A stretch of DNA of 64,000 nucleotides from a virus (Duplodnaviria; Caudoviricetes). The DNA lies in IMG/VR virus record IMGVR_UViG_2684623050_000001, positions 53,698 through 117,697 of that record. The stretch is one strand, 5' to 3'. This document shows, piece after piece, positions 8,334 to 18,040 of this stretch (its first letter is position 1; the number at the start of each line of letters is the position of its first letter). The notes below the pieces were generated by a model. The model made no database searches. It was given only the letters and a program-made list of their open reading frames with translations, and had not been told where the DNA came from. The translations under genes were made by a program, and so were the position numbers.

Positions 8334-8678
8334 TCAGTGCTTGAGACCGCCCAGACCGCGGGCGTGGTCGATCACCTGGTCGACGACGTAGGGGACGTGG
8401 CGCGCGTTCAGGGTGAGCAGGCGCTGGGCCTTGCGCAGCTTCTCCAGCCGGTCCTGGGGCTGCTGGAAGAAGGTCGAGGGCTCGTTGTCCAGGATCTCCT
8501 GGGCCGCGGCCTCGGCTAGGTCCGCGACCAGTTGCAGCGGGTCCAGCTCGTTCTGCGGCCGCAGGCCCTGATTGATGCCGAGCTCCTTGAGGATCTCCTC
8601 GCCTTTCATCACGGTGTTCCTTCTCGTCGTCGTCTCGTGGACGTCGCTGTCGAGAGTGAGGTAGCGGCCCGATGCCAT
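8334..8678 (-). CDS. Hypothetical protein
   Basis: Start MASGRYL, TGATG coupling with upstream gene. Confidence 0.65.
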   Translation of the reverse strand: MASGRYLTLDSDVHETTTRRNTVMKGEEILKELGINQGLRPQNELDPLQLVADLAEAAAQEILDNEPSTFFQQPQDRLEKLRKAQRLLTLNARHVPYVVDQVIDHARGLGGLKH

Positions 8679-9091
8679 CAACCCCTCCCCTTCAGCGCCT
8701 TGGCCTTCCGGCGCGCATGACGGTTGCCGGTCTGGGTTAAGGGGCGATTGAAGTTCAGGTAGTCGTCCACGATCGTTTGGGTCATCATGGTCTTCCCCTG
8801 CCGGCGCCCGTGCTCCAACGTGAGCTTCTCGATCTGCATGCGGGTGTTGGCGTCGACCCGGTAGGCGTTCGAGGCGATGTCGTGGGCCACCTGGTCCAGG
8901 TGGGCGCGGATCTCGACGGCGATGGTCTGGTCCTCGCACTTGATGTCGACGCCAACGCCGGCGCCGCGCATCAGCAGGAAGCGCACATGCTCCTCGGCCT
9001 GGGCCTTCACCCGCTCGATCTCGTCGCCGACGACCGTGATGTCGGTGTGGCCGTCGAGGATGCGGACGGTGATGTCGGGGCGCTCAGTCAT
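8678..9091 (-). CDS. Hypothetical protein
   Basis: Coupled ORF; contains GRRQGKT and NRHARR. Confidence 0.7.
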   Translation of the reverse strand: MTERPDITVRILDGHTDITVVGDEIERVKAQAEEHVRFLLMRGAGVGVDIKCEDQTIAVEIRAHLDQVAHDIASNAYRVDANTRMQIEKLTLEHGRRQGKTMMTQTIVDDYLNFNRPLTQTGNRHARRKAKALKGRG

Positions 9092-9362
9092 TGGGCATGC
9101 GTCCTTGGCTGCGCAGCACCCATTCGATCTGGAGCTCGTTGCGCAGGCGGGTGAGGTAGGCGAACACGCGGGCGTAGGTCCGCGCCCCGCCGCGGGTCTT
9201 GACGTGGACGTGGACGTTGCGGATGCCCTTGGCGAAGAGATCCATCAGGGCCTTCTCCGCGGTGATGACCGCGGTCCGCTCGGCGCCGGAGACCTTCAGG
9301 GCGCCGTTGGGTGTGGTGAGGACGACGTAGACGTCCTCGGGGAGCGCGAGGTCGCGGCTCAT
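9084..9362 (-). CDS. Hypothetical protein
   Basis: Overlap-coupled ORF. Confidence 0.65.
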   Translation of the reverse strand: MSRDLALPEDVYVVLTTPNGALKVSGAERTAVITAEKALMDLFAKGIRNVHVHVKTRGGARTYARVFAYLTRLRNELQIEWVLRSQGRMPND

Positions 9363-9685
9363 CGGGATGCCTCGGCGATGAACTCGCAGATCGCCCGTGC
9401 GGGATTCGGCAGCTCGGGCTGCATCAGAGCCTCGCGGGCCTGCTCCATCGCCGCATCGAACTCGGCGATTACATCCTCGGGGATGATGTCGTCGAACGCC
9501 TCGGCAACATCGAGCAGCGTCTGGAGCGTGCGCAGGTCGATGGTCACGGTGCCCGGCATGAGGCGCACGTAGTCGCTGCCGTCGAGACGCTGGATCGTCT
9601 GAGCGATCTGACCGCCCGGAGCATCAGTCTGCTCGATGATGCGCTCGCCCGGCAGCATGCGGGTGATGGTGTCTTGGTTCTGCAT
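9359..9685 (-). CDS. Hypothetical protein
   Basis: Start MQNQDT downstream of the promoter motif at 9721-9740. Confidence 0.65.
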   Translation of the reverse strand: MQNQDTITRMLPGERIIEQTDAPGGQIAQTIQRLDGSDYVRLMPGTVTIDLRTLQTLLDVAEAFDDIIPEDVIAEFDAAMEQAREALMQPELPNPARAICEFIAEASR

Positions 9686-9756
9686 GTCTCTGCTCGCTGT
9701 GTGCTCTGCGATGATTTGACTATCGCAGAGCAAATTCGGCATGTCGGCTGGAACGA

Positions 9757-10347
9757 CTAGGCGGCGTTCGTGCGGTAGTCTTTGACGACTTCCACGACGA
9801 CGCTGGATTCTGGGGCGCTCGCGGCGATCGTGACGGTCGTCAGGCCCCAGGCGGTGCTGTCCATCGACATCCAGCTGTTCTGCTCGGCAGTCTTGTTGGG
9901 GCTGAACTCGCTGTGGACATGCACGGCGTTGTTCGGCTCGGCGAGGAATGCAGCGGCGATACGCTCGGCTTCCTCGGAGATCTGGGCGCGCAGGGTCGGC
10001 TCGGCGCAGGCGGCGTCTCGCATCTGCTCCTCGCAGTCGAAGACGATCTTCATGGACGCACGGAACTGCTCTACGGCTTCGGCAGCGGTCTCGAACACGA
10101 GGACTGCGGTGATGTCCGGGCCGCAATCGGTGTAGGCGAACAGGGTCTTGCCCTGGCTCGCGGCGATCAGCGCGTGCGAGTGCTTGTCGGTCTCGTATTC
10201 GTAGTGGGTGTCCGGCAGGTCGGCATCGTCTGGCGCTGTGTCGCAGGTCAGGACCGGGCCGTTGTTGCTCTCGATCAGCGTCACGACGACGTGATCGTAG
10301 TCGATGGTCGAGGCGTCGCTGTGGCTGGTGATGTGTTGGATGGTCAT
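9757..10347 (-). CDS. Hypothetical protein
   Basis: 196-aa ORF, GG-free leader. Confidence 0.7.
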   Translation of the reverse strand: MTIQHITSHSDASTIDYDHVVVTLIESNNGPVLTCDTAPDDADLPDTHYEYETDKHSHALIAASQGKTLFAYTDCGPDITAVLVFETAAEAVEQFRASMKIVFDCEEQMRDAACAEPTLRAQISEEAERIAAAFLAEPNNAVHVHSEFSPNKTAEQNSWMSMDSTAWGLTTVTIAASAPESSVVVEVVKDYRTNAA

Positions 10348-10418
10348 CGCGTGCTCTCGCTAAGTCGTTGCTGACATTGCGTTTATAGCAATGTCAGCGC
10401 TGTCTGTGCGCGGGGTCT

Positions 10419-10856
10419 CTAGGCGGCGAGACGGTTCTCGTCGTGCCACTCGCGCTGCGCGACGCCGAGGTAGAGAACGGCCTTCCGGCAGAGCGGCGAG
10501 GCCGCCTGGCAGCTCCGGACGTGGCGCGCGGCGTCGTCGTCGGAGAGGAAGATCGGCAGGTCGTCCCAGCGCTGAATGATCGGGCCACTCTCCATTGTCT
10601 CGAACACGCCCCAGCCGCGCGCCAGCGCCGTCTCCTGGTCCTCGTTGGTCCAGGTGGGCATCACGTCGTCGATGGGCGTGTCGCCGATCCGCAGCGTGCC
10701 GGGGACCACGCAGTCGGCAGGGTTGCCGCTCTCGATCAGCGGTAGGACCACGGCGACCGCTCGGCTGGCCGGCGCTGGGGAAGTCGCGCCGTTCCTAAAC
10801 GGGTCGCTGACCTGACCCTCGTAGTCGCGATCGTCCTCGAACGGAGAGATGCTCAT
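10419..10856 (-). CDS. Hypothetical protein
   Basis: 145-aa ORF directly after operator 10859. Confidence 0.7.
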   Translation of the reverse strand: MSISPFEDDRDYEGQVSDPFRNGATSPAPASRAVAVVLPLIESGNPADCVVPGTLRIGDTPIDDVMPTWTNEDQETALARGWGVFETMESGPIIQRWDDLPIFLSDDDAARHVRSCQAASPLCRKAVLYLGVAQREWHDENRLAA

Positions 10857-10952
10857 CTTAAGTCACCCGTGACTTACTTGTTTCGACAAAACTATATTTA
10901 CGATTACTTGTCGGTTAGTCGGGTGGGGCTGTGTGGCCCCACCCTGGCGATG

Positions 10953-12569
10953 CTAGTCCCAGCGGTCGATCCGGTGGATGGACGAGCCGACGTTCGTCGT
11001 CACCCGGATCAGCGGCGACGGATGATTGTCGCCCACCCGCACGCCGTTGGCGCTCTGGTCGTCCTGGTTCTCCAGCGAGCCGTCATTGGAGAACGCCTCG
11101 ATCGTCGAGCGGATCTCGTGCAGGTCCCCGTGCAGGCACGAGGGGAACAGGGCGAGGCCGGAGCTCTTGGAATCGACCGCGCCGCGCAGCAGGAAGATCG
11201 CGGTCTTGCTATACTGCGGGTAGGCGTCCTCGCCCGCATACATGGGCGGCAGCAGGCTGATCCCCGGAACCTCGACCCAGGCGCCGACCGGCAGATTCCA
11301 GAACTCGGTGGCCTTGCCCCGCGGGTAGACATACCAGGCGATCGGGTTGCGGGCCTCCTCGCGGTCCCAGAGCAGGATGGGCGGACTGTCGGGCTCGACG
11401 GCCGCGGTCAGCCCGATCATCTTCATCATGGTCGCCGTGAGGACCTCGATCTTGAGGGCGTCGGGCAGCACGGTCCGGGCGAACTTCGACCAAGTGATCG
11501 GCGCCGGCGCGCGGGCGACCACATCGAGCGAGGCCATGCGCTGCGTGCCCTTGGCCTTGAGATGCCCGAACACGCCGCCCGCGGCCGGCGCCACCCGCAC
11601 GGCCTTCGGCTGCCAGAGCAGCGTCAGATCCTCGATCCGGGCGTGACGCCGCTTGAGCGAGGGAGCCAGGCCGAGCCGCTCGATCTTCTTCTCCGCGACC
11701 GCGATGTTGCCGGTCGTCGGCGCCACCTGGGCGCGCTGGTAGCGCAGCGGGGCGACCTTGGCGCCGAACTCCCGCTTGAGCTGCTCCACGTCCTTGCCGA
11801 TCTTGAGGGCATCGAGCAGCGTGCCGAGCATCGTCGAGCGCGGCTTCGCCCAGCCGGCCGGGGCCATCGCGACCGCCTTCCAGACCACGTTGTTCGCTGC
11901 CGCGCCGCGCTTGCCCGCACGGGTCGAGTGGAGCTCGTGCAGGAACTGGGCGGCGTCCACGAACTTCTCGGACGAGGCGAGCACGTCGGCCTTCAGGAGA
12001 TTGAGCGCCTGGGCCACGACGTCGGCCTTGTAGTCGATCAGCCCGTGCGAGAGCGTGCCGTAGTCCTGGCGCTTCTCGGCCATCGCCTCGAACGCCGACT
12101 TCGCCCGGTCCATGAAGACCTGCTCGCGATGCGGCTGGATGGCGAAGTGGGTGAATCCGCCCGCTTCCGGCGTGCCCCACATGCGCTCCTTGGACAGGAA
12201 CACGCCCGTCACCCGCGCCTCGCGGACCAGGACCCGCATGTGATCAACCGCGGCGAGATAGGTCTCGGGGGCCTGCTGGCTGCCCCAGATCGCCGGGAAC
12301 TGCCGGCCGTCGTCGGCGATATAGACCAGCCCGCCGAAGTTGCGGATGAAGGTCTTGCAGCAGTTGCAGGTGTGATACTGCCGCTGCCCGGCCGGCACCT
12401 TGGACAGGTAGGTCTCGTAGAGCGCGTCCGTGTCGACGTCGGTCGTGAACAGGTGCCGCCCGTGCTCCGTGAAGCCGGCGAGGAAATGCTTCTGGAGCGC
12501 TCGGACCATCGGGTCGAAGTCTTCGCCCGTGATGTGCGTGTGATGCTCGTCGGTTCCCGTGATCGTCAT
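10953..12569 (-). CDS. Large phage protein of unknown function with HxCxCC motif
   Basis: 538 aa, YHTCNCCKTFIRNFGGLV; operator at 12573. Confidence 0.8.
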   Translation of the reverse strand: MTITGTDEHHTHITGEDFDPMVRALQKHFLAGFTEHGRHLFTTDVDTDALYETYLSKVPAGQRQYHTCNCCKTFIRNFGGLVYIADDGRQFPAIWGSQQAPETYLAAVDHMRVLVREARVTGVFLSKERMWGTPEAGGFTHFAIQPHREQVFMDRAKSAFEAMAEKRQDYGTLSHGLIDYKADVVAQALNLLKADVLASSEKFVDAAQFLHELHSTRAGKRGAAANNVVWKAVAMAPAGWAKPRSTMLGTLLDALKIGKDVEQLKREFGAKVAPLRYQRAQVAPTTGNIAVAEKKIERLGLAPSLKRRHARIEDLTLLWQPKAVRVAPAAGGVFGHLKAKGTQRMASLDVVARAPAPITWSKFARTVLPDALKIEVLTATMMKMIGLTAAVEPDSPPILLWDREEARNPIAWYVYPRGKATEFWNLPVGAWVEVPGISLLPPMYAGEDAYPQYSKTAIFLLRGAVDSKSSGLALFPSCLHGDLHEIRSTIEAFSNDGSLENQDDQSANGVRVGDNHPSPLIRVTTNVGSSIHRIDRWD

Positions 12570-12629
12570 GTGTAAGTCACCTGTGACTGACTGTTGTTGA
12601 CAAGATTATATTGACGAAATCGCGTCGGC

Positions 12630-12821
12630 TTATCTTCTGGAAGCTTTCGGGCGACGACGGCGAGATCTGTCGCGCTGGGTCCAATCCTTGTCCCGGACCC
12701 AGTGCTTGCGCGGCCGGGCGCCGACGAAGATCGGCAGGTAGAGCGGCTCGATCGGGTTGACCAGGCGGATCACGTTGCGGAAGCTGCGAGCCCAGCCCGC
12801 CCGGTTGCGGTCGAGGCTCAT
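12630..12821 (-). CDS. Small basic hypothetical protein
   Basis: Start MSLDRN, ATGA overlap. Confidence 0.45.
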   Translation of the reverse strand: MSLDRNRAGWARSFRNVIRLVNPIEPLYLPIFVGARPRKHWVRDKDWTQRDRSRRRRPKASRR

Positions 12822-13126
12822 CTGGGGAAGGGCGGCTTGTCGTTCGGGTCCGTGACCTCGACGCAGATCACCTTGCCCTCGTCGCGCTGGGACCAGCGGT
12901 TGATCTCCCGAGCGCACGTCCCGCAGTAGTAGGCGCGGGTCGACGTGTTGAACCAGTTCTCGCCCTTGATGACCCGCTGGCATCGGGTGACGTTGCAGTT
13001 GCCGTCGAAGATGCCCTTGAGGATCGCCTTCTCGCGAGCCTCGGCGCCCTCACGAATCATGCTGACGGCCGCGGGCGGCAGCGGGTTGCGCAGACGGCGC
13101 TGCAGGTTCTTGGCGTAAGCGCCCAT
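12818..13126 (-). CDS. Small Zn-finger-like protein
   Basis: CNVTRC...YCGTC. Confidence 0.65.
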   Translation of the reverse strand: MGAYAKNLQRRLRNPLPPAAVSMIREGAEAREKAILKGIFDGNCNVTRCQRVIKGENWFNTSTRAYYCGTCAREINRWSQRDEGKVICVEVTDPNDKPPFPR

Positions 13127-13371
13127 CAGTCCCTCTCGTGTGGCTGGAGTTCGTCGTAGAGGTCGCACCAGTCCTGCCCGTTGGGGCCACGGGTGCCGCG
13201 GGTGTTCTGCATGACCTCGCTCTGATGCAGCGCGAGATCAGCGACGCTGCGAAAGCGGCGCGCGTGACGCCGATCCCGATCGTGAATGACATGCGCTGCG
13301 GCGAAGGTGATGACGGCGCCGGCCAGGGCGCCGAGCACGCCGCCGAGGGTGAGCCAGTAGGTCTCCATCAC
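13126..13371 (-). CDS. Small membrane protein
   Basis: N-terminal hydrophobic helix. Confidence 0.6.
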   Translation of the reverse strand: MMETYWLTLGGVLGALAGAVITFAAAHVIHDRDRRHARRFRSVADLALHQSEVMQNTRGTRGPNGQDWCDLYDELQPHERD

Positions 13372-13574
13372 TCGTCCTCGAACAGATCGGCATCGGTCAC
13401 GAGGCAGTCGGTGCCGCTGCCGATCGCGAAGAGGCCGTCGGACGCCTCCTTCAGCAGGTGGCGCTTGCGCGCGTCGGGCTCGGTCGCGACCATCTTCGCG
13501 ATGGTGTCGCCCGCGAGGGTCGCCGCTTCCGCCGCAATGACGGCGAGCGAGGGCGTGTAGTAGGAGCGGCTCAT
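13368..13574 (-). CDS. Hypothetical protein
   Basis: Start MSRSYY, overlap-coupled. Confidence 0.55.
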   Translation of the reverse strand: MSRSYYTPSLAVIAAEAATLAGDTIAKMVATEPDARKRHLLKEASDGLFAIGSGTDCLVTDADLFEDE

Positions 13575-14020
13575 TGATGCGCGTCCTTCTCGTCGATGAA
13601 GCGGCAGATCTCTTTGCGAGCGGCCTCGCACATGGTCTCTTCGAGATCCGAGCGGTCGAACCAGTCTTCGATCTCCTCCTTGGAGGGCTGATTGTCCCAG
13701 CCGTCCGTCATGGTCGCGATCTCTTCCACGTCGTAGATCGCGACCGCAGCCCCGCGCCGGCGCATCTCCTCCAGGCATCGCGTGAGCTGGATGTCGGTGA
13801 GCTTGCTGGCATCGAAGGGCTCGGCGAGGATCTCCCAGCGGTCCACGCCGATCACAAGGATCAGCGAGCGGCCGGTGTCCCACTTCACGCCGATCTGCCG
13901 GACGGTCTCATTGACGAAGGAGACGATGCCCTCGGTGCCGGCCGGGATCGGGCACGGGTCGTTCGGCATCTCGATCAGGCGAATGCGGTCGCCGATCTTG
14001 GGGAGCGATTGCTCAGTCAT
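13571..14020 (-). CDS. DUF4314-like protein
   Basis: GDRIRLIEMPNDPCPIPAGTEGIV...VKWDTGRSL. Confidence 0.7.
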   Translation of the reverse strand: MTEQSLPKIGDRIRLIEMPNDPCPIPAGTEGIVSFVNETVRQIGVKWDTGRSLILVIGVDRWEILAEPFDASKLTDIQLTRCLEEMRRRGAAVAIYDVEEIATMTDGWDNQPSKEEIEDWFDRSDLEETMCEAARKEICRFIDEKDAHQ

Positions 14021-14172
14021 TCGTGACTTACCCTCTTGCGTGTCGATTTCTGATGCTCTGACAATACGTTAGAGCAGTCGGCAACGCTTGCGGTGTGTGC
14101 TGGTAAGTCAGCTCTGACTGATTCGAGGCGCATGCGCAAGTGGCAAGAAAGTCACTGGTGACTGACTGCCCC

Positions 14173-14552
14173 TTGAAATCGCCCATGGATGCGCGATTAT
14201 TTGGGAGTGGACCGGACGGTGAACCGCCCGGCCCTTCTAGCGAGTGGCTACCCGAGCTTGCAGCGGAGGATCAGGGACCAGCTGGTCCTCCGCACTCGTT
14301 TCCACTTCACCAGAATGCTGATGCGTGGCTTGAACCACATCATCGGCTACTCCTTTTCGTGACCGAGCGATGCCGTCGCCCGCAGGCACCCAGCGGCTCA
14401 CTGGGCACGGGGCGTCTGGTCGCCCTGGCGTTCTCGCTCGATCACAAGCTCACTCTCGCACGCGTGCGCGAGGCTCTCAACTGGAGCCATGCGGCGGCAC
14501 GCTGCCATGGGTGACGCCTGAAACGAGAAAAGGGGCCCGAAGGCCCCTTCCC
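14173..14552 (+). ncRNA. Candidate structured ncRNA with its own promoter and terminator
   Basis: TTGAAA-N16-GATTAT at 14173; serial hairpins; terminator AAGGGGCC-CGAA-GGCCCCTT; no convincing ORF. Confidence 0.4.
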
Positions 14553-14731
14553 TACTCCTCGAACACCATCACGCGCCCTTCAGACCCAGCCAGCCGGAGA
14601 GCCAGGCGCTCGGCCTTCTTCCGTGTTCGCTTGTGGGCGACGACAGCGGGCACCATGAACGCTCGCCCGTTCGAGTGCTCCACCGTCACCGTCCAGCCCC
14701 GCTGGGTCTTCAGGATGCCGTAGAAGGTCAT
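14552..14731 (-). CDS. 59-aa hypothetical protein (below the ORF-track cutoff)
   Basis: MTFYGILKTQRGWTVTVEHSNG...; ATGA overlap with upstream gene. Confidence 0.6.
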   Translation of the reverse strand: MTFYGILKTQRGWTVTVEHSNGRAFMVPAVVAHKRTRKKAERLALRLAGSEGRVMVFEE

Positions 14732-14961
14732 GACTCGATCCGCTCGATGGTCTTGGCGACGTTCTCGGGGTCGGCGGCGATGAGCGCGGCCTTAATCGCG
14801 CGCATCATGATGGCCTGGTCGTCGGGGCTGTATTCCTCCAGGGGACGAACGGGGCATTCGCCCCGCTCGCTCCCGTAGCGACGCATCCAGAGGCGCCGCA
14901 GGGTCAGCATCCAGGCTCTCGTGGCAAAGAGAACCTGATCCGACGTGGGCTCGACGGCCAT
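14728..14961 (-). CDS. Hypothetical protein
   Basis: Coupled ORF. Confidence 0.65.
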   Translation of the reverse strand: MAVEPTSDQVLFATRAWMLTLRRLWMRRYGSERGECPVRPLEEYSPDDQAIMMRAIKAALIAADPENVAKTIERIES

Positions 14962-15995
14962 CAGGCCGCGAGCTGATCCGCGCGGCCGACCACACCGTTC
15001 TCGGACGGCGGGTTGATGCGCACGTCGTAGCGGACGCCGGCCTCGACCAGCGTGCCGGTCTCCGCAGGGGTCAGATCGAAGAACACGTTCTTCTCCACGA
15101 TCCGGGTGTGGAGCTTCACGAGCAGCGCATCGACCGCGGCCAGCCTGTCGGCGTAGCGATCGGCGTCGGCGCTGTCGTCGTTCGCGACGGTCTTGAGAGC
15201 GGCGAGCTCCTGCTCGACCATCGCCTTCTCCTCGCGCAGCTCGCCGATGACCTCGGCCTGCTGCTTGACCGTCTCGTCGAGCTCCTCGATCGTCGCCGTC
15301 TGGCTCTCGATCGCCAGGTTGCGGGACTGAAGCACGTCCATCAGGTGCCCGTGCTTCATCTGGCGATCTTCGATCTCGCCTTCGAGCAGAGCGGCGTGCT
15401 CCTGGAGCCCCTCGACTTCGCCGGTGAGCTTCTCGATCACGCGGGCGATGATGCCCTTCTCGTTCTCCTCGCCGCCGTAGGTGCCGACGAAGCCCGACGC
15501 GATGATCGCCTCGAAGATGGTCTCGATGACCTCGGCCGGGTCGTAGCCGTTCTCCGGCAGCTGCGGGTAGATCTTGCGGAGCGCGAGGTCGATCTCGGCG
15601 AAGGTCTCCTCGTCGAGCGCGAGCTCCGTGTTCTTCTCGCGGATCACCTGGCCGAGGTGGTTGATGGTCTCGGCCCCCTTGGCGAGCGTGCCGGCCGCGG
15701 CGTTCATGAGGAGCGCGCTGGTCTGCTCCTGCTCCAGCTTCTTCAGGAGCTCGTTGCGGTAGTGGTCGATGACGTCGTTCAGCTCGCGGATCGTGACGTC
15801 GCGGTCGGCGATCATCTGGAACTGGTCGGACTTGAGCAGGCTGCCCAGGTGCGAGGCGACGTTGACGGTGCGCTCGTTGGTCTCGGTCTCGGCAGCGCGG
15901 GCGCGACGGAAGGCGCGGATCGAGAAGCCACTCAGAAGGCCGGACAGGCCGAGCGAGGCAGCGGCGACGAGATTGGTGGTGCTGAGGATGTCCAT
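14961..15995 (-). CDS. Membrane-anchored coiled-coil protein
   Basis: Start MDILSTT; N-terminal hydrophobic helix, long heptad region. Confidence 0.75.
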   Translation of the reverse strand: MDILSTTNLVAAASLGLSGLLSGFSIRAFRRARAAETETNERTVNVASHLGSLLKSDQFQMIADRDVTIRELNDVIDHYRNELLKKLEQEQTSALLMNAAAGTLAKGAETINHLGQVIREKNTELALDEETFAEIDLALRKIYPQLPENGYDPAEVIETIFEAIIASGFVGTYGGEENEKGIIARVIEKLTGEVEGLQEHAALLEGEIEDRQMKHGHLMDVLQSRNLAIESQTATIEELDETVKQQAEVIGELREEKAMVEQELAALKTVANDDSADADRYADRLAAVDALLVKLHTRIVEKNVFFDLTPAETGTLVEAGVRYDVRINPPSENGVVGRADQLAA

Positions 15996-16059
15996 GTCGA
16001 TCTTTCTCTGTGTGCGCTCACTCAGCGCTGACTGACTATAGCGCTCGCGTGTCGGCGTT

Positions 16060-16962
16060 TCAGAAGAGAAAACGCACGAGCGCGAGGCAGATGACGACGG
16101 CGATGAGCGGGACGGCCGCAACACCCACCTTCGGCGCACCGGGGACCGCGATCGGTGCGGCCCCGGATTGGAGATCGTCCTCCCAGCTCTCGCCGAGCTG
16201 AAGGTGCTGCGTGTCGGTCGCGGCAACCTGGATGAGGACGGGAAGCTTGGAGATCGCGACCCCGAAGCCCCAGAACTGGCCGGGGTTGAGGGTGCGCAGG
16301 CCGAGTGCCTCGTCGCTTTTCAGCGGGAAGCCCAGGTTGTTCGCCGCGGCGTTGCGGTCGAGCACCTGCCCCACCCGGCCGATCAGCCAGGTGTTGCACT
16401 CGGACACGGCGCTCTTGGAGATCTTGGCGAGGCGCTGGGTCGCGAGGATACCCGTGAAGCCCCGCTTGCGCCCCTGGCTCATCAGGGTGTGGATCGAGGC
16501 GCGCGAGGCCGCCCCGCCGTCCTGGGGCGCGTAGCGGTGCGCCTCGTCGAGCACGATGAACACGGGCTGCCACAGCGCGCGCGGCGCGGCCATCAGGGCG
16601 TCGATCAGGCCGGCGATGATGCGGCGCTGGATCTCCAGATGCTGCGCGTCCTCGAACTGCAGGACGACGGACATCTGCCCCTTGAGGATGTCGTGGGCGA
16701 GGTTGGCGACGTTCTTGGGCGTCACCTTCATCTTCGAGCGCGGCCCGCCCACGATCACGTAGGGGTGAGCCTGGCGCAGGGTGTGGAACTCACCCTCGGG
16801 GTCGATGACGATGTGGAGCGCGGCGCCCCAGGTCTGCTCCAGGACCTTCCGGACGGTGTAGGTCTTGCCGCTGCCGGTGTTGCCGACGATCGCCAGGTGG
16901 GTGCCGATCAGCTTGCCCGCGTCGATGGCTATGTCGTTGCCGTCGTGCGTTGTCCCGATCAT
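16060..16962 (-). CDS. HerA/FtsK-family P-loop ATPase (DUF87-like) with C-terminal hydrophobic anchor
   Basis: HLAIVGNTGSGKT, IDPEGEF, LDEAHRYAP, GRKRG, ATQR. Confidence 0.85.
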   Translation of the reverse strand: MIGTTHDGNDIAIDAGKLIGTHLAIVGNTGSGKTYTVRKVLEQTWGAALHIVIDPEGEFHTLRQAHPYVIVGGPRSKMKVTPKNVANLAHDILKGQMSVVLQFEDAQHLEIQRRIIAGLIDALMAAPRALWQPVFIVLDEAHRYAPQDGGAASRASIHTLMSQGRKRGFTGILATQRLAKISKSAVSECNTWLIGRVGQVLDRNAAANNLGFPLKSDEALGLRTLNPGQFWGFGVAISKLPVLIQVAATDTQHLQLGESWEDDLQSGAAPIAVPGAPKVGVAAVPLIAVVICLALVRFLF

Positions 16963-17045
16963 CGCTAAGTCGCTCTCGCGCTGTTTCGCTGTTGAGCTAC
17001 ACAATGCGCGAGAGCAGTCGGCTGCGCTACTGGCGCAGCGTGGCG

Positions 17046-17618
17046 TCAGCTTTCACCAAGCTCGGCCTTGAGACGGGCCAATTGCGCCCGCTTGTCGGCC
17101 TCGGCTGCCGCGCGAGCCGCTTCCTTGCGCTGCGCGATGGCCGCACCGAGCCGTTCGCGCGTCTCGACCAATGCCGTCTCCAGCGCCGGGATCACGGTCT
17201 CGAAGCCGTGACTTTCGGACGGCAGTTCGGGCACAGCCTCATACTCACGCCGCAGCTCGATCCGGTAAGTCCCGATCTCGATGTAGGTGAGACCATTCGC
17301 CGGCGAACGGGCGATCTTGCCCGCGAAGTCCGTATAGCAACGATGCCTGTCAAGGTTGTCATACTTGAACCGTTCGAGATAGTGCGGTTCCGGCAAGTGC
17401 AGACGATCCCAGGCGTCCTTACTGCCCTTGGCCCAACCCAACACATGCTCGACCGCGAGAGCGCGGAGCTTCTCGGCCAGCTCCGGCAGCGTGACCGCAA
17501 CCAGCTCGCCCGTGTCATGCTTCTTCGTGTAGGCGTAGTCCCCGTATTCGTCCGAGACGATCTTGTAGGGGAGAACATGGACGGGATGCAGCTCCTCGCC
17601 CTCGTGATCGGTCTGCAT
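17046..17618 (-). CDS. Hypothetical protein
   Basis: 190-aa ORF with AGGAGG RBS. Confidence 0.7.
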   Translation of the reverse strand: MQTDHEGEELHPVHVLPYKIVSDEYGDYAYTKKHDTGELVAVTLPELAEKLRALAVEHVLGWAKGSKDAWDRLHLPEPHYLERFKYDNLDRHRCYTDFAGKIARSPANGLTYIEIGTYRIELRREYEAVPELPSESHGFETVIPALETALVETRERLGAAIAQRKEAARAAAEADKRAQLARLKAELGES

Positions 17619-17638
17619 GGTTTGATCCTCCTTCCTGG

Positions 17639-17971
17639 TCAGTCGACCGTGTAGCCCTCGACGCTCACGCCCTCGGCATCCGTGGCGTCACCCGTCGGCA
17701 TCCAGCCCTTCTGCACCGCCCCTGCTGCGGCGCCTGCGGCTGCTCCGACGAGGGCGCCGGTGACGGGGCTCGAAGAGGTCGAGCGGCTCGTCGTGGTCGC
17801 TGGCCGTGCCGGAACCGCGGGCCGCGCGATCGACGGCGCCCGCACCGAAATCGTCGGCGCCCGCACCGAGACCGTCGCCGGGAACGCCTCCCGCGAGGTC
17901 AGCATCAGCGTGGCGCCCGCGCACTGGATCACCAGGGCCGCGGTCAGCAGAGTAGACCATCCGTTCCTCAT
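17639..17971 (-). CDS. Hypothetical exported/membrane protein
   Basis: Hydrophobic N-terminus, low-complexity repeats. Confidence 0.55.
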   Translation of the reverse strand: MRNGWSTLLTAALVIQCAGATLMLTSREAFPATVSVRAPTISVRAPSIARPAVPARPATTTSRSTSSSPVTGALVGAAAGAAAGAVQKGWMPTGDATDAEGVSVEGYTVD

Positions 17972-18040
17972 CTTACTCTCCCTCGAAGGGACGGCTCTCG
18001 CCGTCCTCGATGATGGTTCCGTCGTCGGTGACGATGCGGC

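Noticed and set aside
8678-9091. Terminase large subunit, from the GRRQGKT motif
   Set aside because: Only 137 aa, no Walker B or nuclease domain
16037-16056. Promoter motif as sigma54 -24/-12
   Set aside because: Lacks TGGCAC-N5-TTGC; the transcribed strand reads GCCG, not GG-N10-GC
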